From positions 1-59,836 of the IMG/VR virus record IMGVR_UViG_3300046791_000436: a DNA stretch of 59,836 nucleotides, one strand, 5' to 3'. Position 1 is the first letter of the stretch; each line of letters begins with the position of its first letter. Below are positions 1 through 7,545 of this stretch, piece by piece. The position numbers and the translations under genes are program-made. The notes below the pieces were generated by a model. The model saw only the letters and a program-made list of their open reading frames with translations. It ran no database searches and was not told the origin of the DNA. This DNA is from a virus (taxonomy: Duplodnaviria > Caudoviricetes).

Positions 1-127
1 TCTCCCGAAAGCAGTCCCTAAGAAGGCGCATGTATTGGAGCGTCGATGGGATCTCCCAATGCAGCCAACGACGGTGGTAAGCCCGTGCGTAATGCAGAAC
101 CGGAGAAAAGACATGCTACAGATTCTG
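1..127. repeat. Terminal direct repeat / circular assembly overlap (copy 1)
   Basis: 1-127 is identical to 59710-59836. The length matches a common assembler k-mer, implying a circular or terminally redundant unit of 59709 bp. Confidence 0.95.
52..106 (+). ncRNA. Twister ribozyme (duplicate of 59761-59815 inside the overlap)
   Basis: Same sequence as twister 4; it is the same locus, not an extra copy. Confidence 0.85.
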
Positions 128-748
128 GTCGATCTTGGCGCTTGTGAAGAGGCGCGGATCTGGGCCAAGGACTACGCCGATCTTCAATCGGCGTGGGACA
201 AGTGCGAACGTGGCGATTGGATGCTCTGGCTTCTGCAGAGATCCAAGGACCCGGACCGCAAGAAGATCGTTCGCACGACCTGTGACATTGCCAGGACCGT
301 GTTGCATCTGATTCCTGCCAATGAGGACAGGCCACGTCTGGCGATCGAAGCAGCCGAAGGCTGGTGCGAAGGAAAGGTCTCGATCGAGACTGCCTACGCT
401 GCTGCCCGCGCTGCTGCCGACGCTGCCTATGCTGCCCGCGCTGCTGCCTATGCTGCTGCCGACGCTGCCGACGCTGCCGACGCTGCTGCTGCTGCCGACG
501 CTGCTGCCGACGCTGCTGCCTACGCTGCTGCCGACGCTGCCGACGCTGCTGCCGACGCTGCCGACGCTGCTGCTGCTGCCGACGCTGCTGCCGCTGCTGC
601 CTATGCTGCTGCCGACGCTGCCGACGCTGCCGACGCTGCTGCCGCTGCTGCCTATGCTGCTGCTGCTGCTGCTGCTGCCGCTGCTGCTTCTGGTTTGAAA
701 CAAGCACACATTGTGCGCAAGCACTTCCCCCTAGCACCGAGGTTCTGA
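113..748 (+). CDS. Phage protein with Ala-rich (AAYAAADA) repeat tail, Imm5-like
   Basis: ATG 113 follows GGAGA. Contains ACEEARIWA, RGDWMLWLL and RPRLAIEAAEGW motifs, then a low-complexity Ala/Asp/Tyr tract. Confidence 0.75.
   Translation: MLQILVDLGACEEARIWAKDYADLQSAWDKCERGDWMLWLLQRSKDPDRKKIVRTTCDIARTVLHLIPANEDRPRLAIEAAEGWCEGKVSIETAYAAARAAADAAYAARAAAYAAADAADAADAAAAADAAADAAAYAAADAADAAADAADAAAAADAAAAAAYAAADAADAADAAAAAAYAAAAAAAAAAASGLKQAHIVRKHFPLAPRF
391..688 (+). repeat. Coding low-complexity GCT/GCC/GAC tandem repeat
   Basis: Irregular repeats of GCTGCCGAC and GCTGCCTAT that encode the Ala-rich tract. Confidence 0.9.
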
Positions 749-996
749 TGCCCAAGTTCAACTGTCGTTGGACCGAAGAGACCATCGAAACTCGTGTGGC
801 CATGATCGAGGCCGAAAGCCTGGAGCATGCCAGACAGATCCTTCTACCTTCGATGTCTACTACGCGACCGATGGCACACTGGTTGTGCACGTCGAGACGC
901 ACGACGTTCCCGAGAACGAGAAGGGTCCTTTGATCCGTCTCTATCTCAACGACAGCGAACCTCTGTTCGAAAACCCCCCCTTCGAGGCTTCGGAAG

Positions 997-1443
997 ATGA
1001 CCCACGAAATCGCAGGGCGTGAGAAAGGCTCGCCCAAGCAACGCTGGCATGCGCAGAAGCGGGCCTTCCTCGGCAAGGTAGCCAAGCTGCTCGGTCTCAC
1101 GACTGGCCAGCGGACGATCTCGAGCAACCTCGGCGGCCCGGCTGTCGGGGGTGAGGTGAGCCTGCACACCGACACGATCTACTTGTGGCTGAAGTGCCCC
1201 ATCACGGGTTATGGCAGCGCAGATCCGACTGCTCACCTCTACGAAGGCGTGGGCATCGCTCGCCGCTGCAAGGGGCGCAAGGACTACACTGGCGAATGCA
1301 ATGTCAGCATCTTCGCGACCAACGCTGCGACACCCGAAAGGCTCGCCGCGTGGTTGCGTGCGGCCTTCCCGACGGAGGTCTACCAGGCTCGCCAACCGGC
1401 GACTGAACAACATCTGCCAAGGGCTGCGGGGCCATCCCGCTAA
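997..1443 (+). CDS. Hypothetical early phage protein
   Basis: 148-aa ORF with phage-like codon usage; SNLGGPAVGGEVSLH and RRCKGRKDYTG segments. Confidence 0.7.
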   Translation: MTHEIAGREKGSPKQRWHAQKRAFLGKVAKLLGLTTGQRTISSNLGGPAVGGEVSLHTDTIYLWLKCPITGYGSADPTAHLYEGVGIARRCKGRKDYTGECNVSIFATNAATPERLAAWLRAAFPTEVYQARQPATEQHLPRAAGPSR

Positions 1444-1897
1444 GGCCCGAGGTTCGACCGAATGCCCTCGTTGAAAAACGAGGGGTTAGATATCGGGCAG
1501 TGAGCAAATCGGTTGTTGCCCGTAGTCCTTGGCAGACCTTCTTCGGCTAGGCAGAGAAAAAGAGCACCCTACGAGAACTCAGGTTGCCTCTGAGGAAGAT
1601 CGGGTGCTAGTGGCTGCTCTGCCTAGCCGGTTTCTTTGACACACCGCCGAGAGTTGTCCCGCGACGGACATAAAAGCTCGACTCTCCTTCTTCCCCTTTT
1701 CCCGAAGAGCTTTTCTCTCGGCACTTTCTTCTCAAGCCGTCCTTTTTGGTGCTAGTGGGTGTTAGCTGTTGGAACCTCACAAAAGAGCAGCTGGCCAACA
1801 CAGCACGGCACCTTCTCCTGGCCCGCATCGCAGAACAGAGCGCCCGCGTTCGGTCGCTCGGACGGTCAGCTCTCCTGCGGTGCGGGCCTTTTCTTTC
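1413..1897 (+). ncRNA. Candidate structured RNA array (five stem-loop domains)
   Basis: Closing helices 1413-1430/1519-1536, 1544-1556/1617-1629, 1646-1653/1715-1722, 1736-1740/1805-1809 and 1820-1833/1875-1888. G-U pairs favour the + strand; linkers are pyrimidine-rich. Confidence 0.6.
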
Positions 1898-1910
1898 CCA
1901 AGAGGACTCC

Positions 1911-2075
1911 ATGACCATCAGAGCATTCATCAGCGCCAACCGCGCAGCGTTGGACGCTTGCATTCGCGGAGCCTGCCCCAACCTCGGGAAGCTCAACGAC
2001 GAGGATCGCCACGAGTGGATCCTCAACGACGAAGGACTCTACAACTGGGCACGCTCCTGTGGCGTGCAGATCTGA
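1911..2075 (+). CDS. Small hypothetical protein
   Basis: GAGGA SD then ATG; MTIRAFISANR...WILNDEGLYNWAR. Confidence 0.7.
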   Translation: MTIRAFISANRAALDACIRGACPNLGKLNDEDRHEWILNDEGLYNWARSCGVQI

Positions 2076-2079
2076 TACC

Positions 2080-2304
2080 ATGAATCACTACCGTCTGAAG
2101 TTCACCGGCCGCCAAAGGGGCGCGATTGGGATCTTCCATCCGTGCCAGGTCGATGTTTGGGCAGAAGACGAAGAAGCTGCCTGGATCAAGGCCTACGACA
2201 CGCACGAACACATCGCCGGCCGCAAGGCAGAGATCCTGCCCCAAGGCCCGCAAGACGACTACGACCCGACCAACCCCAACTATCGGAGGTATCAGGGTGA
2301 CTGA
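2080..2304 (+). CDS. Small hypothetical protein
   Basis: ORF packed into the early operon (MNHYRLKFTGRQRGAIG). Confidence 0.65.
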   Translation: MNHYRLKFTGRQRGAIGIFHPCQVDVWAEDEEAAWIKAYDTHEHIAGRKAEILPQGPQDDYDPTNPNYRRYQGD

Positions 2305-2439
2305 GAAAGAAAAGAAGCTCATCGAGTTTGCCCGATGGCGATGCGGCCCTGTTCTGATCTGCGGTTGGGGCAGCTCGCGATGGGTCTGGAAGTGGGGTTG
2401 GTGGAGCAAAGAAGGCGTCTACCAAGGGAGAAAGAAGCC

Positions 2440-2724
2440 ATGATCCACTGTCGAAAACGCTCGTGCCAGAACGGCGCGCATTGCGTGCCGACGAACTGTG
2501 AGAAGTTCGAACCTGCCCTCAAGCTGATCGAGAAGGAGCGCACGCTCTCCGTGGCTCGGTGGGCAGACTACGTCACTGACTGGAAGGTCAGAGTCGACAG
2601 CTCAAACAGGTGGTATCGAGTGCGTTGCATCGACAACATCTGCTACTTCCACTATAATGGAGAGATCTACGAAAGCAGACTCTTCTTCGTGGGTAGTCCA
2701 GCAACCTTCCAAAGGAGAACATGA
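2440..2724 (+). CDS. Hypothetical protein
   Basis: ATGA overlap with neighbouring ORFs. Confidence 0.55.
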   Translation: MIHCRKRSCQNGAHCVPTNCEKFEPALKLIEKERTLSVARWADYVTDWKVRVDSSNRWYRVRCIDNICYFHYNGEIYESRLFFVGSPATFQRRT

Positions 2725-2966
2725 AGCACATCCGACAGGGTTCGAGAAGCGATCTCGTCAAAGACTTCGCCCTGGGCAAAGCATACATGCAATGTGCCCT
2801 CACAGAAGGGCAACTAGAGTCGACCGAAAGCAAAGCCGAAGAGACTCTGAGTGCTTTCGGCAGGTTGATTCAAGTCCTTGCCGACAACGGAACGCTGGAT
2901 CTCAAAGACATCAACTACGTGGTGTTGGGTTACAAAAACGCCGACACCACAATGGAGGAAAGGTGA
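2721..2966 (+). CDS. Hypothetical protein
   Basis: GGAG SD; ATGA/GTGA coupling with neighbours. Confidence 0.65.
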   Translation: MKHIRQGSRSDLVKDFALGKAYMQCALTEGQLESTESKAEETLSAFGRLIQVLADNGTLDLKDINYVVLGYKNADTTMEER

Positions 2967-3628
2967 CCGTCTTCTACAAAGGTCCGTCCATGTTGGACGG
3001 CAAGCCGATCGTCGCCATCGCGACCGACCGGACGAAGAACCGCAAGACCGGCGACATGATCCAGACCTGGATCCTGCGCGCCGATCAGGACCCGCTCGCA
3101 GCGGTGTTCAGCGGAGCCGACTCCTCGATCTGCGGGGACTGCAGGCATCGCGGGAAGAACACCAAGGCAGAGCCCAGGACGTGCTACGTGACCGTTGCCC
3201 AGGCCCCTCTCGGGATCTGGCGCAAGTGGAAGAGTGGCGGGTATCCCAAGGGACCGCTGCCGACGCACAAGCCCGTCAGGATGGGCGCCTACGGCGACCC
3301 GGTGGCGGTGCCTTGGCAGGCCTGGACGGGCCTGCACTCGGCGAACCTGTGGACCGGCTACACACACCAGTGGCGGCAGCTGATCGCCTCGCCGTTCCGC
3401 AACGTGCTGATGGCCTCGTGCGACAGCGAGCAGGAAGAGAAGCTCGCCCAGCTGATGGGCTGGCGGACCTTCCGCGTCATGAAACCAGGCACAACAGGCA
3501 CCGCCCTCGAGTGCCCATCGAACAAAGGAGCTCAGTGCGCGCACTGCGGACTCTGCTCCGGGTTGAACCGACCAGACGCACCGTCCGTCTGGATCGAAGC
3601 ACACGGGACGGCAAAGGCATTCGTGTGA
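2963..3628 (+). CDS. Cys-rich conserved phage protein (possible Fe-S / radical-SAM-like)
   Basis: GTG start after GGAGG. Motifs GPSMLDGKPIV, NRKTGDMIQTWIL, ICGDCRHR..CYV, RMGAYGDP, TGYTHQW and CAHCGLC. Confidence 0.7.
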   Translation: MTVFYKGPSMLDGKPIVAIATDRTKNRKTGDMIQTWILRADQDPLAAVFSGADSSICGDCRHRGKNTKAEPRTCYVTVAQAPLGIWRKWKSGGYPKGPLPTHKPVRMGAYGDPVAVPWQAWTGLHSANLWTGYTHQWRQLIASPFRNVLMASCDSEQEEKLAQLMGWRTFRVMKPGTTGTALECPSNKGAQCAHCGLCSGLNRPDAPSVWIEAHGTAKAFV

Positions 3629-3936
3629 AGAAGACCAAGAAGACCAAGAAGACCGAGGGTCCGACCTGGACCACAGCCACGGGCGAAGTCCTGTTGCTGA
3701 AGAACATGCGCGACGATCACCTGCGCAACGCGCACAGGATGTTGCGTCGGCAGCCGTGGATCGTCCCGCACTTCAAGAGCCTGCAGACGCTCGAGACCGA
3801 GATCGCGCGCCGCAACATGCAGCCTTTGCCTGTCTTCATCGATTCGATCGACGAGGCAGCCCACATCGTCCGTCGGGCAGCGAAGGCCGCCAGGGCCGCG
3901 GAAGAGATCGATCCTCCCGGACCGGGGGACTTCTGA
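3625..3936 (+). CDS. Hypothetical protein
   Basis: WTTATGEVLLLKNMRDDHLRNA segment; coupled start and stop. Confidence 0.65.
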   Translation: MKKTKKTKKTEGPTWTTATGEVLLLKNMRDDHLRNAHRMLRRQPWIVPHFKSLQTLETEIARRNMQPLPVFIDSIDEAAHIVRRAAKAARAAEEIDPPGPGDF

Positions 3937-4166
3937 TGAGCTGCATCGTCAAAGGCAAAGATCGTTTCGCTGTCTACTTCCGCCATGGTGCCGACAACTG
4001 GCGATTGGTCGTCAGAGAGACCCACAAGGAAGCTGTCTTCGAATATGAAGACGAGGACGGCATGGGACAGGTGGCCTGGAACGACGAAACAGGCGAAATG
4101 GAACCGTCCGAACAAGCCGAAGTTCTCGTCTTGGCTCTGAAAGCCATCGTAGCAGAACTGCCATGA
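3936..4166 (+). CDS. Hypothetical protein
   Basis: TGATG coupling. Confidence 0.6.
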   Translation: MSCIVKGKDRFAVYFRHGADNWRLVVRETHKEAVFEYEDEDGMGQVAWNDETGEMEPSEQAEVLVLALKAIVAELP

Positions 4167-4432
4167 ACCAAGCCAAAGCACTCGTCCGCACACTCAAGAG
4201 CCTGCAGAGCGATTTGCGCGAAGCCCAACCCGGCAGCTTGCGCGCCGACTACTGCAAGCAGCGCATCTCGAAATGCCTGATCTCGCTGGTGGTCGAAGTC
4301 GAAAAGGACCAGGACTACTGGATTGTGCTGACGATCGAATCGTTCTTCGTCGGACCGTTCGAGACAGAGGAGGAAGCAAACTCCTGCCAAAACAAGCGAG
4401 GAGGGACTGTCTACAAACTGGAGAAACCGTAA
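4163..4432 (+). CDS. Hypothetical protein
   Basis: ATGA coupling; GPFETEEEA segment. Confidence 0.6.
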   Translation: MNQAKALVRTLKSLQSDLREAQPGSLRADYCKQRISKCLISLVVEVEKDQDYWIVLTIESFFVGPFETEEEANSCQNKRGGTVYKLEKP

Positions 4433-4800
4433 TGGAAACACGAGACGAAAAGCTGCTTCGTATGCTCTCGCCAGAGCAAAAGGCCTTGGCCGACGAGCTG
4501 ATGGAAAAGGGATACCGACGAGTATCTCGCAAGTTCGGGCACGTCGCTCGAGTCGATCGACGCGACTGGCTGTTCGTAGATCAGATGCTCAGTTTGCGTA
4601 GCCACCTCAGCGGCATGGCAGAGCATTATTGTCGTGTGTTTTCCAAGGACAAAGTCGTCCTAGGAGAAAACAGCTTGACTGCTCTAGCTGTCCCCACACA
4701 CGGCTTCGGAGAAATCAGCGGAGACCCTATCGTAGAGGAGACCTGGAAGGTGATCGAGGCCGCCCTGCACGCTTGGATTCAGCAAGGAAAAGAAACATGA
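4432..4800 (+). CDS. Hypothetical protein
   Basis: TAATG coupling; GGAG SD. Confidence 0.6.
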   Translation: METRDEKLLRMLSPEQKALADELMEKGYRRVSRKFGHVARVDRRDWLFVDQMLSLRSHLSGMAEHYCRVFSKDKVVLGENSLTALAVPTHGFGEISGDPIVEETWKVIEAALHAWIQQGKET

Positions 4801-5180
4801 CCACACTCACCCTACCCAAGATCGCCACCGCGAAGTCGGTGGACGAGAAGACCTACAAGGAGCTGTCGGGCTCGCTCGAGCCTGGCCAGCACTTGATCGA
4901 CTGCAGCGTGCGCCTGCGTGGCGTGCTGAAGAAGGGAACGCCCTTCAAGACGCCCGTGCCGGCCGCTGCCAATCCCTGGCGCCTGTTGGCGCTGGCGTTG
5001 AGCAAGCTGAACGTCGTCTCGATCGAGAGTCTCGTGCGCGAGGCCCTCGAGGCCAGCGACGAAACCGCAGATGCGGTGAAGAAAGAGGCGCAAGAGGCCA
5101 TCGAACGCATCGTCGCCGCGACCGAGCGCGAATCCTCGGGCAGGATCACGGGGAACGTGATCTGGGAGTTGCTTGCATGA
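4797..5180 (+). CDS. Hypothetical protein
   Basis: AAGGA SD; ATGA coupling; strong codon bias. Confidence 0.7.
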   Translation: MTTLTLPKIATAKSVDEKTYKELSGSLEPGQHLIDCSVRLRGVLKKGTPFKTPVPAAANPWRLLALALSKLNVVSIESLVREALEASDETADAVKKEAQEAIERIVAATERESSGRITGNVIWELLA

Positions 5181-6463
5181 ATGCAGTCGACCTGTTCGCG
5201 GGTGCTGGTGGCTGGTCACACGGCTGGCGTATGGCAACCGAGACGGAGCCGATCGTCGCAGTGAACCACTGCGCACACGCCATCCAGCTGCACAAGCTGA
5301 ATCACCCCAGCACCGAGCACTTCCCGACGGACATCTGGTCCCTCGAGCCGAAGTCGGTGATCCGTGGCAGAAAGATCGAATGGTTGCACGGCTCGCCAGA
5401 CTGCACCCACTTTTCCAGGGCCAAGGGCGGCAAGCCGAAGAGCCAGAAGATCAGAGCGCTCGCGTGGGTGGTCTATCGCTGGGTGAAGGAAGCCCGCCCG
5501 AGCATCTTGTCCCTCGAGAACGTCGCAGAGTTCCTCGACTGGGGCCCGCTCGACAGCGAGGGGCAGCCGAACAAGGAGAAGAAGGGCGCGTCGTTCCGCG
5601 CCTTCGTCGCGAGCCTGCAGAACCTCGGCTACAAGGTCGACTGGCGCGTTCTGTGCGCTGCAGACTACGGCACCCCGACGGTGCGAAAGCGTCTCTTCTT
5701 GCTCGCGCGCTGCGACGGGCAACCGATCGAGTGGCCCGAGCCGACACACGGCGAGGGGCGGGAGCATCCGTGGCGCACAGCCGCGGAGTGCATCGACTGG
5801 AGCATCCCATGCAAGTCGATCTTCGGTAGGAAGAAGGAGCTGGCGCCGGCAACACAGCGGCGCATCGCGGCAGGCATCGTGCGCTACGTGCTGAATGGCA
5901 CGCCCTACATCACGCAGATGCCCAGCTCGGGTAACCAGCAGCCAGAGAAGGTGGCTGCCTTCCTGCAGCAGAACTTCACCGGCATGATCGGAAAGCCGAT
6001 GACGGTGCCAGTGCCGACGATCACTTCCATCGACCACCATAGTCTGGTGGCCGCTTCGCTGGTGCAGTCGGGCTACGGCGAGCGTCTCGGACAGGCGCCA
6101 CGAGCTCTCGACATCGAGAGGCCCTTGGGCACTGTAGTGTCCGGAGGCAGCAAGCATGCACTCGTAGCGGCCTTCCTGACCACCTACTATGGAGAAGGCG
6201 GCGGCACAGCGAATCCGGTCGACAGGCCGATGCCAGCTGTGGTGACAAAGGGCAGGCACGGGCTCGTGACCTACTCGATCGGCGACATCGGTCTTCGCAT
6301 GCTCGAGCCGCGTGAACTGGCAAGAGCGCAAGGATTTCCTGACAGCTACAAACTGGAGGGAACGAAGACGCAGCAGATCGCACGCATCGGAAACAGCGTG
6401 TGTCCCCAAGTAGTCGAAGCCCTCGTGAGGGCTAACACCCAACAGGAGATGGCGGTAGCATGA
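5177..6463 (+). CDS. DNA cytosine-5 methyltransferase (Dcm-like)
   Basis: Motif I DLFAGAGG, IV SPDC, VI ENV, VIII RKRLF, IX RML.PRE and X IGNSV. Confidence 0.95.
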   Translation: MNAVDLFAGAGGWSHGWRMATETEPIVAVNHCAHAIQLHKLNHPSTEHFPTDIWSLEPKSVIRGRKIEWLHGSPDCTHFSRAKGGKPKSQKIRALAWVVYRWVKEARPSILSLENVAEFLDWGPLDSEGQPNKEKKGASFRAFVASLQNLGYKVDWRVLCAADYGTPTVRKRLFLLARCDGQPIEWPEPTHGEGREHPWRTAAECIDWSIPCKSIFGRKKELAPATQRRIAAGIVRYVLNGTPYITQMPSSGNQQPEKVAAFLQQNFTGMIGKPMTVPVPTITSIDHHSLVAASLVQSGYGERLGQAPRALDIERPLGTVVSGGSKHALVAAFLTTYYGEGGGTANPVDRPMPAVVTKGRHGLVTYSIGDIGLRMLEPRELARAQGFPDSYKLEGTKTQQIARIGNSVCPQVVEALVRANTQQEMAVA

Positions 6464-6726
6464 AGTCTTCAGTGGAGCATGCATTGCGCATAGAAGAGAT
6501 TCTAGGCGTCACTCTCAGTGTGTCGAGGTTGAACAAGATCGCCAAGGCAATCTACAGGGCGCAATCGGAAGCCCATCGGAAGGGAGCTGTCGAAGCCTTA
6601 TCGGACAAGCCCGAAGGCTTCGTTCTCTCGGAGAAACAATTGGATCTTCTTTGGTTCCGATCCGCACGCAGCTGCGGAAACTTCGGAGCCACAGGCAAAC
6701 GAATCAGGGAGTTAACAAACAAATGA
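6460..6726 (+). CDS. Hypothetical protein
   Basis: ATGA coupling to the methyltransferase. Confidence 0.55.
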   Translation: MKSSVEHALRIEEILGVTLSVSRLNKIAKAIYRAQSEAHRKGAVEALSDKPEGFVLSEKQLDLLWFRSARSCGNFGATGKRIRELTNK

Positions 6727-6944
6727 AGCAAGCAACGAAGGACGCTGCGTTGGCCGCTCGGCCGGGCAGCAAGCTGATCTACATCAAGCCCCAGTGGGGC
6801 GTGGTCTGGCAGGACGGTAAGGTCTGGAAGGGCCAGTTGATCAGCAAGGTCGACTACGACAACCCGACTGGCATCTGGTGGGGTCCAGAAGACCAAGCCA
6901 AGACCAGGAAGGGCCTGATCGCGGGCCTGAAGGAGACGCAATGA
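6723..6944 (+). CDS. Hypothetical protein
   Basis: ATGA coupling. Confidence 0.6.
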   Translation: MKQATKDAALAARPGSKLIYIKPQWGVVWQDGKVWKGQLISKVDYDNPTGIWWGPEDQAKTRKGLIAGLKETQ

Positions 6945-7141
6945 CCCTGACCAAGAAGGAAGAAAAAGTCCTGCGCGCAGCTGCGAAGGCTTCGAAAGTC
7001 CAGAGGTTGATGCCTTCGACTCGAGAGGCGATGATCGATCTCGCTTGGGGCAAGCCCAGCGAGTTCGAACGCAAGCTAGTTCGTCGAGCGACTCTCTACA
7101 TCAAGGAGCTGCAGAAATGCCTAGCACTCTTGGACAACTGA
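6941..7141 (+). CDS. Hypothetical protein
   Basis: AGGAG SD; ATGA coupling. Confidence 0.6.
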   Translation: MTLTKKEEKVLRAAAKASKVQRLMPSTREAMIDLAWGKPSEFERKLVRRATLYIKELQKCLALLDN

Positions 7142-7473
7142 TCTTCGACGCCTTCGGCGGCAAGCCCGAGTCGACGACGATGCACCTGATCGAGCGGGTC
7201 TACCACGTCCTGCTGCCCGACCATGGAGTGAGCTTCGACGTGGTGGTGCCCAAGGGGCTGATCAAGAACGGCAAGCTGCACAAGGTGCCAGGCGACTTCG
7301 CGGTCGGCTTCGCGCTGGTGAACTTCGAGCAGCAGAACTCCGACCGCAAGATCTGGCTTGGCCAGAGGTTTCGGAAGCACCTCGAGGAAGCGCGCGAGCT
7401 GGCGAAGGGTTGGTGGCGTGCCCAAGTCGTGCTCGGGGAGGAGTGGGAGAAGCACCATGCGAAAAAGAGGTAG
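7117..7473 (+). CDS. Hypothetical protein
   Basis: AAGGAG upstream; strong codon bias. Confidence 0.6.
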   Translation: MPSTLGQLIFDAFGGKPESTTMHLIERVYHVLLPDHGVSFDVVVPKGLIKNGKLHKVPGDFAVGFALVNFEQQNSDRKIWLGQRFRKHLEEARELAKGWWRAQVVLGEEWEKHHAKKR

Positions 7474-7545
7474 CTTTTCTTGGAGGTATTGGCTAGTGTT
7501 CTGGCTTCTCTTCATCGGCGTGTGCGGTTTGTGAGGTCCCCAAAA

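Noticed and set aside
1-127. Biological terminal repeat, or a fifth twister
   Set aside because: The exact 127-bp overlap fits an assembler k-mer artefact. The ribozyme at 52-106 is the same locus as 59761-59815.
391-688. CRISPR array or DGR variable repeat
   Set aside because: It is an in-frame low-complexity Ala-coding tract with no unique spacers, and no cas operon or reverse transcriptase is present.
18-1175. Poly-Gln/Arg, poly-Ser, poly-Cys and poly-Leu ORFs in other frames
   Set aside because: These are shadow frames of the GCT/GCC repeat.
1544-1629. Hammerhead or hairpin ribozyme in the stem-loop array
   Set aside because: CUGAGGA is present but has no correctly placed GAAA core, and the hairpin-ribozyme loop A/B consensus is not met.
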